NCBI GenBank assembly: GCA_016297165.1
Contig: JAEDHF010000001.1
Span: forward strand, 149-64,148
Direction: 5' to 3'
DNA from: Oscillospiraceae bacterium
Lineage (GTDB): Bacteria > Bacillota > Clostridia > Oscillospirales > Ruminococcaceae
DNA length: 64,000 nucleotides
Part shown: positions 9,544 to 20,130 of the stretch, piece after piece
Numbering within the stretch: position 1 is the stretch's first letter
How the letters are laid out: each line of letters begins with the position of its first letter
Position numbers and translations under genes: made by a program
The notes under the pieces: generated by a model
The model's input: only the letters and a program-made list of their open reading frames with translations
The model's database searches: none
Told to the model about the DNA's origin: nothing

Positions 9544-10704
9544 TTAGTCAACCTGATAGAAAATGAATCTTGATACAATAGCGGAAATAATAGCGAGAAC
9601 TACTGCTACGATAGCGAAGTATGCCCACGCCATAGCTGCGGAATAACCATAGTCCCAGGTCTTAACGTAATCCATAACCTGCTTCATTACGGGGTTATCC
9701 GACTTAATAAAGGCGTCGATAACCGTATAAATGAGGTTTACGAAGATCATAGGAGAAATGGTCGGGAAGGTAATCTTCCAGAAGAATTCCCAGCCTGTTG
9801 CACCCTCCATAGACGCCGCTTCCTTTGCGGAGGTAGGAATCTGCTGGAGTGCGGAAATAAAGATAAGAATCTGGATACCCGAATCCCAGATAAGGTTTAG
9901 GATTGTTCCCGTAACCTCCTGGAAGGTGTCCGCTAAGGACTGGCTTATGTTGTTAAGTCCCATGAACTGCAGGAACTCCTGCACGAAGTCCGTTTTAAAG
10001 AGGGCGCTGAACTGTGACGCGTCGGAGATACCCTTCGATAGCATATCACCGTTAATAACCGATAGTACAGGTCCCGTCGCTATAAGTACCGGCAGGAAGA
10101 ATACCGCACGGGCTAAGGTTCTGCCCTTGAATTTTCCGTTTAAGAGGAGAGCTACGAAGAGGGAGAATACGAGTACGAGAGGTACTGTATATGCCGTTTC
10201 AACCAGAGAGTCAACGAGATTCTTAGGATAATCGGAGTTGACTGTGAACGCCCACTTATAGTTTCCGAAGTCGTTCCATTCGGTATAGATACCGGGGCCC
10301 GTCATTCCGTAGGCCTCCATCTTTGCTACGTCGCTGGCGCTGACCATCTCTGTTTTGGAGAAGGAGTACCAGAGGGACTGACAGAGGGGGATAAGGAACA
10401 TATAGATTACGCCCACAACCCAGAGTGCCACGAAGCCGTAGCCGTAAAGACCCTTTTTCTTTTCGTAGGAAATACGTGAGGTTTTAATCTCTTTAACCTC
10501 CCGTGGCTTTCTTCTTCTTATGTCAACCTCGCCCTCTGCATTAAGAGCGGCGGCGGAGGCAGTCATATGAACAGCAGCCTTTTTCTTCGGCGCTTCTTCG
10601 ATTACCTCGGTAGCGGGAGCTTCGGGAGCGTTTTCGACTGCTTCAACGATTTCTTCGGAAGCTTCAGCAGCTTCTTCCTTCTTTTCAAGTTCAAAATCGC
10701 TCAT
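9544..10704 (-). CDS. carbohydrate ABC transporter permease (MalF-like) with acidic N-terminal extension
   Basis: EAA loop KEAASMEGAT; multiple TM helices. Confidence 0.9.
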   Translation of the reverse strand: MSDFELEKKEEAAEASEEIVEAVENAPEAPATEVIEEAPKKKAAVHMTASAAALNAEGEVDIRRRKPREVKEIKTSRISYEKKKGLYGYGFVALWVVGVIYMFLIPLCQSLWYSFSKTEMVSASDVAKMEAYGMTGPGIYTEWNDFGNYKWAFTVNSDYPKNLVDSLVETAYTVPLVLVFSLFVALLLNGKFKGRTLARAVFFLPVLIATGPVLSVINGDMLSKGISDASQFSALFKTDFVQEFLQFMGLNNISQSLADTFQEVTGTILNLIWDSGIQILIFISALQQIPTSAKEAASMEGATGWEFFWKITFPTISPMIFVNLIYTVIDAFIKSDNPVMKQVMDYVKTWDYGYSAAMAWAYFAIVAVVLAIISAIVSRFIFYQVD

Positions 10705-13031
10705 TATTCACCAACCCCCAATCCGTAACCGCTAAGGTCAACATTCTTACCGTTTACCTTAACCTCTGCGGTTTCTAAATTTACATAAATAGTAGTTCCG
10801 TTATCGAAGCTTGTTTCGATTTCCTTGCTGTTTATACGGTTATAGCCGGTAATCTTGGCTTCCGAAACGGAAGAAATAACGTCGTCGAAAAGCTTATATT
10901 CATTAGTCGCATTATCGATCCAGCCCTGATAGTAGCTGTAGTAAAGGGTATCATAATCGCTGTCTGCGAACTTATTAGGCTTCTCGTACATCATTTCGTA
11001 ATGTATGGGAGTACCTGTTGCGAGGGCAAGGAGCCTTAACTCTCTTGCGTCGGCGCTTCTGTTGATAGCCTTTGTTGTATAGGGAACAAGACCGTGGAGA
11101 ACCATTTCTGCGAAAGGAATATCATAGTCGAAAATATCATAGTTGGAGGAATAAAGGGGAACATCCTTGATATAATCGCTGTACTTAAGCATATACTGGT
11201 TAGCGTTTTCGGAGAGAATTGTAAGTCCGCTGTCCTTGAGCTTCTGATAGCCCTCCTGAAGAATATTGATTGTATCCTCTCTTACGAAGTATTCTCTTCC
11301 GTCCTTATTATAGCGGCTGAAATCGCTGTAAAGGGTGTTGGCAGCCTGATTGAGGGAAATTCCCTCTGCTCCTTCTTCTCTGAAGGTGTTGGAAAGCTTG
11401 TTGAAGATATCCTCGAAGTAATAGGGAGAGAGAATTGTCCAGGAAGCCTTTACGAGATGAGGTAAGCCGAAGGCGAGCTCGAAGGGAGTCTGGGTAGCGT
11501 ATGCCTTTGTAATCTGCTTTGACGCATTAAGAGTAAAGGAATAGCCGTTGCCCGACTTCTTGAATTCCATGATATCACAGCTGGGGAAGATTTCGTAGCC
11601 CTTTTCCTTTATGTAGCTGTAAAGCTTCTGATAGTCATTCTTGCCGCCTAAAAGACCCGAATACTGGAAGTTGCAGGCTACATCTCCCACAATTCCTGCG
11701 GTATTGAAGTCCTCGTAGATAATCTTGATGTCGGTAATACCCTTTTCCTCAACAAGCTTGATGATTTCGAGAGCCTGTTTATAGGTAGTAGCGGCAGTTT
11801 CGATTTCAACGGGGAAGCCTAAAACCGACTGGGTCTTGGTTGTACCGCCGAAGAGAGTAAGATAGAAGGGCGCGCTGTCTGCCTTTGTCTTTTTCTCTAC
11901 GCCGATAGTACCTGTAAGATAATTTCTGTAAACCTCGGCAACGTCTGTATAATCCAGATCGCCGCTTATGGGATAATAGGTTGTGCTTAAGTCTCCCGTC
12001 TTGATACCGTTAGCTTCGAAAACGGTAAGGGGCACATCGCTGTTACCCATATAATACTTATCGGTTGATCTTACGCTGTATTCGAACCAGCAGTTATTGA
12101 GGTCGGTAACGTTCTGTCCCGTAACGGTAGCATGAATGCTGCTGTATGCGTCGCCGTCGGTAGAGATAATAACGAGACCGTTATCCTCGGCTTCGCCCTT
12201 ATTTATTCTCGCCATAACGGGCATTGTTACATCCTCGACAACAGGTTCTGCTGCAAGCAAGCCTATCGCAAGGTCTCTTCCGTAAACCTTAGCCTCATAG
12301 GTGTTGTTGTCACCGTAGGCAGTACCGTTATTGTAGTTTATTACTGCGCCGGAGCCGTCGGGAACAATCATATAGCCGTCGGTTGTTCTGTCGGTACCGC
12401 CGAAGTTTTCGAGAACGTTAACGGAAAGAAGCTGGTAGCCGGGACCCTCGTCTGTTGTTTCGGTACGGGCCTCTACTATTTCATTATAGGGAACGGTAGC
12501 GGTAAAGCTTCCGTCGCTGTTGATAACTACCTCGAGAGGAATCGTTATCATATATTTTTCGTATTCGAAGGTAAACTTTACGCCGTTTTCGATAGGGGTA
12601 GCCTTCTTCTTTACGTTTTTCTCGTGGGAAATCTTCGAAGGCTCAACAGACTTACTGTCAGTCGGAACTACGTCGATAGAGATAAGGCTGTTTCTCTTGT
12701 TTACCTGTGTTTTGTTACTATCGCTTGTGTTAAAGAAGCTTGACCACCAGATATAGCCGTTTTCCTTATTCTTGACTGCGAAGGTGCATTCCTTTTTGTC
12801 GGCATAAAGGGCTATTTTACTGTTTTCAGCCATAAGCTCCATACTGCTGAAGGCATCTTCCTCGGTTACGAATACTCCCGATTCCGTTACAACCTCTTCA
12901 GCGGCAGCTGTTGTTTCAGCTTCTGCTGCGGTAACCTCAGGCGATTCCGACCATACGGGAACCGCTGCCGACGAAAGGGCAAGTACTGCCGCAAGAGAAG
13001 CGCATAACAGCTTTTTCTTAGATTTAAGCAT
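10704..13031 (-). CDS. secreted DUF5696-like protein (possible glycoside-hydrolase-like fold)
   Basis: signal peptide; GYMIVPDGSGAVI and IPFAEMVLHG motifs; position after the Yip1 gene. Confidence 0.7.
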   Translation of the reverse strand: MLKSKKKLLCASLAAVLALSSAAVPVWSESPEVTAAEAETTAAAEEVVTESGVFVTEEDAFSSMELMAENSKIALYADKKECTFAVKNKENGYIWWSSFFNTSDSNKTQVNKRNSLISIDVVPTDSKSVEPSKISHEKNVKKKATPIENGVKFTFEYEKYMITIPLEVVINSDGSFTATVPYNEIVEARTETTDEGPGYQLLSVNVLENFGGTDRTTDGYMIVPDGSGAVINYNNGTAYGDNNTYEAKVYGRDLAIGLLAAEPVVEDVTMPVMARINKGEAEDNGLVIISTDGDAYSSIHATVTGQNVTDLNNCWFEYSVRSTDKYYMGNSDVPLTVFEANGIKTGDLSTTYYPISGDLDYTDVAEVYRNYLTGTIGVEKKTKADSAPFYLTLFGGTTKTQSVLGFPVEIETAATTYKQALEIIKLVEEKGITDIKIIYEDFNTAGIVGDVACNFQYSGLLGGKNDYQKLYSYIKEKGYEIFPSCDIMEFKKSGNGYSFTLNASKQITKAYATQTPFELAFGLPHLVKASWTILSPYYFEDIFNKLSNTFREEGAEGISLNQAANTLYSDFSRYNKDGREYFVREDTINILQEGYQKLKDSGLTILSENANQYMLKYSDYIKDVPLYSSNYDIFDYDIPFAEMVLHGLVPYTTKAINRSADARELRLLALATGTPIHYEMMYEKPNKFADSDYDTLYYSYYQGWIDNATNEYKLFDDVISSVSEAKITGYNRINSKEIETSFDNGTTIYVNLETAEVKVNGKNVDLSGYGLGVGE

Positions 13032-13079
13032 TTTTACACCACCATTTTATAAATTCAAGGTTTAAGTATTCGTTTTACG

Positions 13080-13718
13080 CTAAATACTGAATCGGTACAT
13101 AAGCTCGGTATAAACGGAGTAAACGAAAACGAATACCTGCTGGAATAACGTTAGTAAAAGTATTGCGAGGAAGAGGATGATTGCCATAGCGACTACCGTA
13201 AAGAACATAGCCAAAAGGGTTTTCGGGAGGGAGTACTGATGAACGGTTTTCATAGCCGAAATCATCAGTATAACCGACCAGCCCATTCCAAGGTAACGGA
13301 AGAAGGTGATAAAGCCTCCTTCTGTAATTAAAAGGCAGTTACTTGCGATTATAATTATAATCTCGCTTACGAGATAAGGAATAAGGGCATAGGCGGAAAC
13401 ACAGAAGATATTCTTCATAGTTCCCTCGCCGTCGAAGAGGGTACAAAGGGACCAGTTACCGACTACCCAGGTAAGGAAGAGGATAACCGAGGAGGAGAAA
13501 TAGGGGATAATATTGAATACCTTAACGTAGGTTCTGTTGAAAAGGAAGCCCGTGAGCTGAGCGCTGCAGACGCTTATGATAAAGAAGGCGGCAACGATAA
13601 CCCAGGCAACCTTCATATTATAGCCCTTTTTCCATCTTAAATCGTCATAGCCCTCAAAGGGATGAGCTACTACATAAAAAGGCCATTTCCATGCAGGTAA
13701 ATCCAAATCAAATCTCAT
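13080..13718 (-). CDS. Yip1-family membrane protein
   Basis: HPFEGYDDL...NWSLCTLFDGEGT...YALIPY; about 5 TM helices. Confidence 0.8.
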   Translation of the reverse strand: MRFDLDLPAWKWPFYVVAHPFEGYDDLRWKKGYNMKVAWVIVAAFFIISVCSAQLTGFLFNRTYVKVFNIIPYFSSSVILFLTWVVGNWSLCTLFDGEGTMKNIFCVSAYALIPYLVSEIIIIIASNCLLITEGGFITFFRYLGMGWSVILMISAMKTVHQYSLPKTLLAMFFTVVAMAIILFLAILLLTLFQQVFVFVYSVYTELMYRFSI

Positions 13719-15256
13719 TACTTGGTACCTCCTTTTGCCTTTTTCTTTTTACGACCCCTGATGAAGCTGATTGTTGCAATAATAAGTACCAGTCCGAGAA
13801 CAATAAGCATCATCCAGTTGAAGTTTGCTCTGATAAACTCGATTCTGAAGCTCTTGAAGGCTCTGTTATAGCCGCCTCTCGAGTTGCGGTAGAAGTAGTC
13901 GAGGGCAGTCTTATAATCACCCTGGTTAAGATAAGCGTTACCGAGACCGATATAGGCGAGCCAGTAGTTTGCGTCACGGCGGAGTACCTCTTCCCAGGGA
14001 CCCTTTGCCTCGTCGTAAAGACCCTCGTTAAAGAGGTAGATAGCCTCCTGAACGATTGCGCCGAATTCCGTCTGTCTGAAAGCGGTAATGCTGTTCTTAC
14101 GGGAATCTACAACATAAACCTTACCTTCGAAGGTTTCGATTGCGGAAACGGAGGTGAAGGTACCCTTCTGGGTGCCCTTCGTACCGAAGATAAAGAGAAG
14201 GTCACATTCGTTTGTGTACTGGAAAACTCTGCCTGTTGCGAAGTCGAGAAGGTAGATATTTCCCTGCTCGTCGATATCTACGTCGGTAATCGCCGAAGCG
14301 TAGGTTTTACCCTTATAGTATCTTGCGGAGGCATCGCCGTAGGTGTACTGGTCATAGCCTAAGTTGGTGAAAATATTGGTACCTGCCGGGTTAAGCTTTT
14401 TAAGTACGTCGGTATCTGCGGACTTATTTTCCGTTACGGTATAGATAAAGCCTTCATTATCTATATCCATATTTGCGATTTCAATAGCAACCGAACGGCG
14501 CATAGCGATAATCTGTTCTCTTGTATAAATAAGCTTCCAGAACTGCTGTGCGATAACCTCTGCCGTAGCCTCAACTCGGTTTGCACCGTAGTAGCCGTTA
14601 AAGGAGCCGTCTGCGGAGAACTGAACCGCACCCTGTGTAATAGAGGGGACGATAACGTAAACGTTGAAGGCGTTATCTACGATTACCTTTTCGGGGTTAA
14701 AGGTTGTCTTTGCGTCATATACGTCGCTGGAGGGACGGATATACTCCATAACAATCTGGAGCTCCTCGTCGAAGGCTACGACTCTGTTGTTGTCGTAGTC
14801 GGCAACATATATAAAGGTATTACCGTCGTTATCGGTTCTAACGTAGATACCCTGGGGGGAATTAAAGGTTGTTTTCTTAATCTGGCTCTTCTCCTCGGGG
14901 AAAATCTCGCCGTAGGTAAGAGTATCTATTACTTTTCCGTTTTTAAAATTCTTATCGGTTAAGATAATTCTGTTATTCTTGCTATCGGCGATATAGAAGT
15001 TACCGGTTTCCTGGTGAACGAAGATATCGCTGGGCTCGGATAAAGCGCCTACGCCTATATCCTCACCAGTATATACCTCATCAACGACGAAACCGTTCTG
15101 TGAGGGAATCGGGTCGCCCCACCAGTCATAGTTATAGCCTATGAAGGGCTCGTCGGCAGAAGCCGTAACAGCAAGGGCAGAAACCGCTATTGCAGCCGTG
15201 GCTAATACAGCCGTAAGCTTTTTCATAAACGTCATTAAAATCATTCCTTTCTTCAT
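13718..15256 (-). CDS. secreted NHL-repeat (beta-propeller) protein with TPR-like segment and C-terminal TM anchor
   Basis: PSDIFV..YIADSKNNRI and SPQGIYV..YVADYDNNRV repeats; AYIGLGNAY; C-terminal TM plus basic tail; exact start uncertain. Confidence 0.8.
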   Translation of the reverse strand: MKKGMILMTFMKKLTAVLATAAIAVSALAVTASADEPFIGYNYDWWGDPIPSQNGFVVDEVYTGEDIGVGALSEPSDIFVHQETGNFYIADSKNNRIILTDKNFKNGKVIDTLTYGEIFPEEKSQIKKTTFNSPQGIYVRTDNDGNTFIYVADYDNNRVVAFDEELQIVMEYIRPSSDVYDAKTTFNPEKVIVDNAFNVYVIVPSITQGAVQFSADGSFNGYYGANRVEATAEVIAQQFWKLIYTREQIIAMRRSVAIEIANMDIDNEGFIYTVTENKSADTDVLKKLNPAGTNIFTNLGYDQYTYGDASARYYKGKTYASAITDVDIDEQGNIYLLDFATGRVFQYTNECDLLFIFGTKGTQKGTFTSVSAIETFEGKVYVVDSRKNSITAFRQTEFGAIVQEAIYLFNEGLYDEAKGPWEEVLRRDANYWLAYIGLGNAYLNQGDYKTALDYFYRNSRGGYNRAFKSFRIEFIRANFNWMMLIVLGLVLIIATISFIRGRKKKKAKGGTK

Positions 15257-15260
15257 AAAT

Positions 15261-16121
15261 TTAATCCTTAAGACCGCTCTGTGCCATAGTTTCTACAACC
15301 GAACTCTGGCAGAGGACGAATATCAGCATCGGCGGAATCATCAGAATTACCGTAGCTGCTGCGGCAACGCCTGCACGGGCGATACCGGAAGCGCTTATCT
15401 GCTGCAATACTGTAGGAATAGGTTTCAATGCTTCGTTATAGATAAAGGAATAACCGTTAATCTGCCAAGCGCCGTTAAAGGCGAAAATCATAAGCGTCAG
15501 CCAGGCAGGCTTAACATTAGGCATTACTATCTGCCAGCAGATTCTTACCTGACCTGCGCCGTCGAGGTAAGCCGCCTCAATAAGGGCGTCGGGAAGCTGA
15601 CCGATAAACTGTCTCATAAGGAAGAGACCCATTGATGTTGCGATATAGGGGAGTGTGATTGCGAGGTATGTATCGATGATACCGATTGTTGCCATTACGA
15701 TGTACTGCATTATATAAAGTACGGTACTTGTAAAGAGAAGGGTTACCTCGATAATCTTGTTGAGTGCGTTTCTTCCGGGGAACTTTACCTTAGCTAAGGC
15801 ATAAGCTGCGGAGGAGGAGAAAATAAGCTGTGCTACCGTTACAACAACAGCTACGAAAACCGAGTTGAAGATATAACGGCTGAAGGGAACCCACATATTC
15901 GAAGCCGTATTTATAAGGTCAACGAAGTTCTGGTTTGTGGGCGCCATAGCGTAAAGCTTAGGCGGGAAGAGGAACAGTTCCTCCGGGGGCTTGATGGACT
16001 GAACTGCCGAAAGATAAATCGGAAACAGCATAAACAGTCCGAGTAAGGTTAAGAGTATAAATATAGCTATGTCGCCGCCGCGGCTTCCGCCATACTTTTT
16101 TCTGGATTTTTTTATCCTCAT
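15261..16121 (-). CDS. carbohydrate ABC transporter permease (MalG-like)
   Basis: LIEAAYLDGAG EAA motif. Confidence 0.92.
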   Translation of the reverse strand: MRIKKSRKKYGGSRGGDIAIFILLTLLGLFMLFPIYLSAVQSIKPPEELFLFPPKLYAMAPTNQNFVDLINTASNMWVPFSRYIFNSVFVAVVVTVAQLIFSSSAAYALAKVKFPGRNALNKIIEVTLLFTSTVLYIMQYIVMATIGIIDTYLAITLPYIATSMGLFLMRQFIGQLPDALIEAAYLDGAGQVRICWQIVMPNVKPAWLTLMIFAFNGAWQINGYSFIYNEALKPIPTVLQQISASGIARAGVAAAATVILMIPPMLIFVLCQSSVVETMAQSGLKD

Positions 16122-16164
16122 GACTACCGTCCTTTCGATAATTTAAGATTTTTTGGCGTCCGCC

Positions 16165-17100
16165 TTAGTCAAGGAACTTTCCGAGCACCTTTTTGATTGC
16201 CCAGTTAGCTATAAGCATTACAGCGAACAGAATAAAGCATATTGCCGAAGAATAGCCCATTTCGTATCTTATTGAGCCGTAGTCGAAAGCGTGAGTCATA
16301 ATTGTATGACCTGCGTAGTCGGTAGTAGGGAATGCGGTAAGCATACGTCCGATATCGCCTGCCGTAAAGGAGGAGGTAATCTGCATAACCGCTGCGAACA
16401 TAAGCTGGGGTCCCATAGCGGGGATTGTAACGTAGATAAGCTCCTGGCCTCTGTTCTTGATGCCCTCGATAGCGCCTGCCTCGTAGCGGTCACGGGGAAT
16501 ACCCTGAAGACCTGCACGGATTGCAAGGAAGCCTGCGCCGAGAGCCATCCAGAGCTGTACTACTATAAGTACGCCCATGATGTAGTTTGCGTCGGTGAGC
16601 CACTGGATTGCTCCGTTTGTGATACCGAGGTCGATAAGGTAAGCGTTTGCAATACCGTAGGTATCACCGGAGAAGATTAACTGCCAGGTGGTATAGATGT
16701 TACCTGCAAGGGTAGGAGCGTAGAAAACGAAGGTAAATATGGTCTTAAGGGGTCCGGGAAGCTCGTTAATGAGCCACGCTAAGATAAAGCAGAGGAAGTA
16801 GCTTAAGGGACCCGTAACTACTGCGAAAACGAGAGTATTTTCGATAGCCTTAAGGAAAACCTCGTCCTCGAGGAAGAGGGAGTAGAAGTTGCTTAGTCCC
16901 ACCCACCTCGGGAATTCCGCCATATTGAAGTTCGTAAAGCCCATAGGAAGGGAGATACAAACCGGTACAATCATAAAGATAAAGAATAAAACGAAATAAG
17001 GAGCGATAAGTCCGTAAACGCCTTTATTCTTTTTCATTTCTCTCAAGGTATATCGGAATTTATTATCTTCGATATACAATGACTTTTCTTTGTTAGCCAA
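16165..17100 (-). CDS. carbohydrate ABC transporter permease (MalF-like)
   Basis: YEAGAIEG motif; TTG start after a GGAGG RBS. Confidence 0.92.
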   Translation of the reverse strand: MANKEKSLYIEDNKFRYTLREMKKNKGVYGLIAPYFVLFFIFMIVPVCISLPMGFTNFNMAEFPRWVGLSNFYSLFLEDEVFLKAIENTLVFAVVTGPLSYFLCFILAWLINELPGPLKTIFTFVFYAPTLAGNIYTTWQLIFSGDTYGIANAYLIDLGITNGAIQWLTDANYIMGVLIVVQLWMALGAGFLAIRAGLQGIPRDRYEAGAIEGIKNRGQELIYVTIPAMGPQLMFAAVMQITSSFTAGDIGRMLTAFPTTDYAGHTIMTHAFDYGSIRYEMGYSSAICFILFAVMLIANWAIKKVLGKFLD

Positions 17101-17117
17101 AACTGATTCCTCCTATA

Positions 17118-20096
17118 TTATTTCTTAAAGAGATTTAAGTCTTCGTTCTTTCTTGTGATTTCGGAGTTGATATCTCTGTTATAGGAAGAAAGAGCGTATC
17201 TCGGGTTCCAGGTGTCGTTTACAACAGCTCTGAAGGCGTTCTTTACGTGACGGGTTGTTGCGTAGGAGGCGGGGATAATAGGAATTTCTCTCGTCTCGGA
17301 CATCTGTGCGGAAATCTTTTCGTATTCGGCATTGGACCAGGGGAGCTGAGCAAGAGCGTTCTTGTTAGCGGTATCGAATCTACCCATCTGACCCATCTGA
17401 CCTTCGATTGTACGTCCGTAGCGGACCATAACCTCGTCGGAGGTGAACCACTTGATGAATTCCCAGGCTGCGTTTACATCCGAGCACTTCTTGAAGATTA
17501 CTGCGCCTGCGGAGCTGGAGTTTGCAGCGTGTGTAATTTCGCCTGTTCTGTTACCGTTTTCGTCGAGAACGTAGGAGCCGGGAACCTGTGTGAAGTCCCA
17601 GAGACCCTTAATTTCGGGAGCGGAAACCGTAAGCTGGTTATAGAAGGTATAGTTGTTGATTATAATAGGCATTTCGCCTGTTCTGAAACGAGTGAAGGGG
17701 TCGTAGGTCTGTTCGAAGTCATAGATTGTGTAGAAATCTGTCCACATCTTAAAGGCGTCAACAACCTCCTTCTTATCGTAGGTTGTCATTGTGAGGTCGC
17801 TGTTGTACATATTGTTGCCGGTCTGAAGTACAAGCATTGAGTAGGTGTCGCCCGATTCGAAGATTGAGCTTGAAAGGTTTGAGGTAGGCTGTACAAGACC
17901 TACGGTAAGATATGAACGCTGGAGAACGGGGATAACGTCGATAAGCTCATCCCAGGTTTCGGGAACCTTATCGATTCCGAGCTCCTCGAGAATATCCGTT
18001 CTGTAGAACATCATAGGGAAGAGCTGTGAAACAGGGAGACCGTAAACGCCGCCGTTATAGGAATAAAGGGTAGGAAGCGTTTCTGTGTATCTGCCCTTTA
18101 CTACGTCCTCGTAGTCATTGAATTTCGAAACATCAACGAGGAGGTCTCTTGCCGCGCACTGTATCGGGAAGTCGCCGCCGAGGAACAGTGAAATGTCGGG
18201 ACCCTTTCCTGCAAGAGTAGCTTCAAGGATAGCGCCCTGTACAAGGTTGATGCTTGCCTTTACGCCGCCGCTCTTAAGGTTAAAGTCGTTATCTACCATA
18301 TCCTTTACAACGGTAGCCTGGTCACGGCCGAGGCATACCCATACGTTAAGGGACTTTTCGGTAGTGTCGGAAAGCATTGTATAATCCTCGAAGAAAGAGC
18401 CTACGAAGGCCTGGAAGCCGAAGGCGAAGTCCTCGAAGAAGTTGCCGTTAGCTCTTCCTGCATCTTCGTGAACGGTCATAACCTCGATATAGTCCAGCTC
18501 AAGAGGCTGGTCACGGTAGTCTCTCATCCATGCGGAAACTGCGGAGATGTAGTCCTTTAATGTGCTTACCATTGAAGGAATCTTATCTCTTTCCTCACAG
18601 CATCTGTTGAGGATTACTGCAAGAGACTGGAGCGAGGAGGCTTCGGAGCCCTGTCCGAGCTTTTCGATATTTGCCTTTTCCTCGTAGAGGGTCTTTATTG
18701 CGTCCTCGAAGGTGGGGATAAGCTCGGGAATCTGGATATCAACGAGATAGTCGTTGTATTCGTCGGGGTCGGGACCCGTAATCATAAGTATTCTTCTGTA
18801 GTAGTAGTTAAGGGTATAAACGAGGTCGTCGAGACGTCTCATTACCTCGCCTATTTCGCCGGGAACCGCTTCCATTGTGATGGTATGTGTTCCTGCAGTA
18901 AGATAGAGATAAACGTCGTTTCCTGCGTTGTCGGTAACGGTCTGTGCATACCAGTTGGGGTCATACTTAAAGGAAACTATATCGAATTCCTTATTCGGAA
19001 CCTCTCCGTCGATGTAAATACGTCTGTTGGAATAGAAGCCTCTCATGGCCTTCTGTCTTGCCTTAAAGGAGAAGGTATAGTAGCCGTCCTGCGGTACTGT
19101 GAATTCCCATGTTATAGCCTGTGTAGCCTTTTTCCAGGTATCAAGACCTATGGTATTATATCTCTGCTTTGTGGGGTGGTTGGGGCTTACGAGGCTTCCC
19201 GTTCTGTCGTAGGTAGCGTAGAGAGTAGAGGAGTTCTTGAACTTGGGGGATTCTGCCTGAATAAGAATTGTATTCGAGCCGATATCGTTCTTATGGTTAT
19301 CGTCATTAGGCAGTGCCGGAGTAGCCTGAAGCTCGTTCTCGGAGGGAGCGTTATAATCGGGGAGCTCCTCATAGTTCTTAAAGGTAAGGCTCTTAAGAGC
19401 GATATTTGTTCTTATGCCCTCGATAGTAAGAGTATGGCTTCCCTTTTCGAGATAGAATATGTAGGGGTCGTTAAAAAGACCTTCCTTATCCTTTAAGGGA
19501 TATGTTACCCACATATCAAGCTCAACCTGTGTGGGCTTAAGCTCGTTATCCTTACTGTCCTTCTTTATTTCGGAAGCGTCCTTCCAGTATCTGTCGAGGC
19601 TTATATCGTTGCAGGCGGTAAAGGGATATTCCCCGTCTAAACGAAGTCCGATATCAACAGTAGTGCTTGCACCCGAAATAGTATAATAGAGAAGCTCGAG
19701 ATTGTATAAACCCGCTTCCTCTACCTCGAAGTCGTAGGTTACATTACCTCTGTTGTTTGTCCAGACGAAGCAATCCGTCTTTCCCTCATAATCGGTAATT
19801 TCATATACGGGCTCGATACCCTCTATGCCCTTACTTGTTACGCCGTCCTTAGCCTCAATTACAATTTCCTTACGGGGATGATTCTTAGAACCGTGCTTTT
19901 CGAAGTAAGCGCTGTAGGTTGCGTCTCGATTACCGGTATTCATGATATTGGTAATAGTCGAAACCTCTTCCTCGATTTTTTCGTCCTTCTCCGCCTCTTC
20001 TGCGTAAACCGCAATCGGCTGCGCTGTGAGGACTATGGCTGTCGTAAGAATTAAAGCTAACGTTTTTTTCCTGCTGCTGCCCAAAATAAGCTCCAC
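17118..20096 (-). CDS. 992-aa extracellular solute-binding protein with two N-terminal CBM-like beta-sandwich modules
   Basis: signal peptide; two IEAE/QAES...YLEKGSHTLTI / YLTAGTHTITM modules; C-terminal SBP_bac_1 motifs (YGLP, MFYRTDIL, AWEFIKWF). Confidence 0.85.
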   Translation of the reverse strand: MELILGSSRKKTLALILTTAIVLTAQPIAVYAEEAEKDEKIEEEVSTITNIMNTGNRDATYSAYFEKHGSKNHPRKEIVIEAKDGVTSKGIEGIEPVYEITDYEGKTDCFVWTNNRGNVTYDFEVEEAGLYNLELLYYTISGASTTVDIGLRLDGEYPFTACNDISLDRYWKDASEIKKDSKDNELKPTQVELDMWVTYPLKDKEGLFNDPYIFYLEKGSHTLTIEGIRTNIALKSLTFKNYEELPDYNAPSENELQATPALPNDDNHKNDIGSNTILIQAESPKFKNSSTLYATYDRTGSLVSPNHPTKQRYNTIGLDTWKKATQAITWEFTVPQDGYYTFSFKARQKAMRGFYSNRRIYIDGEVPNKEFDIVSFKYDPNWYAQTVTDNAGNDVYLYLTAGTHTITMEAVPGEIGEVMRRLDDLVYTLNYYYRRILMITGPDPDEYNDYLVDIQIPELIPTFEDAIKTLYEEKANIEKLGQGSEASSLQSLAVILNRCCEERDKIPSMVSTLKDYISAVSAWMRDYRDQPLELDYIEVMTVHEDAGRANGNFFEDFAFGFQAFVGSFFEDYTMLSDTTEKSLNVWVCLGRDQATVVKDMVDNDFNLKSGGVKASINLVQGAILEATLAGKGPDISLFLGGDFPIQCAARDLLVDVSKFNDYEDVVKGRYTETLPTLYSYNGGVYGLPVSQLFPMMFYRTDILEELGIDKVPETWDELIDVIPVLQRSYLTVGLVQPTSNLSSSIFESGDTYSMLVLQTGNNMYNSDLTMTTYDKKEVVDAFKMWTDFYTIYDFEQTYDPFTRFRTGEMPIIINNYTFYNQLTVSAPEIKGLWDFTQVPGSYVLDENGNRTGEITHAANSSSAGAVIFKKCSDVNAAWEFIKWFTSDEVMVRYGRTIEGQMGQMGRFDTANKNALAQLPWSNAEYEKISAQMSETREIPIIPASYATTRHVKNAFRAVVNDTWNPRYALSSYNRDINSEITRKNEDLNLFKK

Positions 20097-20130
20097 CTTT
20101 CCTTAATAAAGCGTTATTGTTAAAAGGCAA

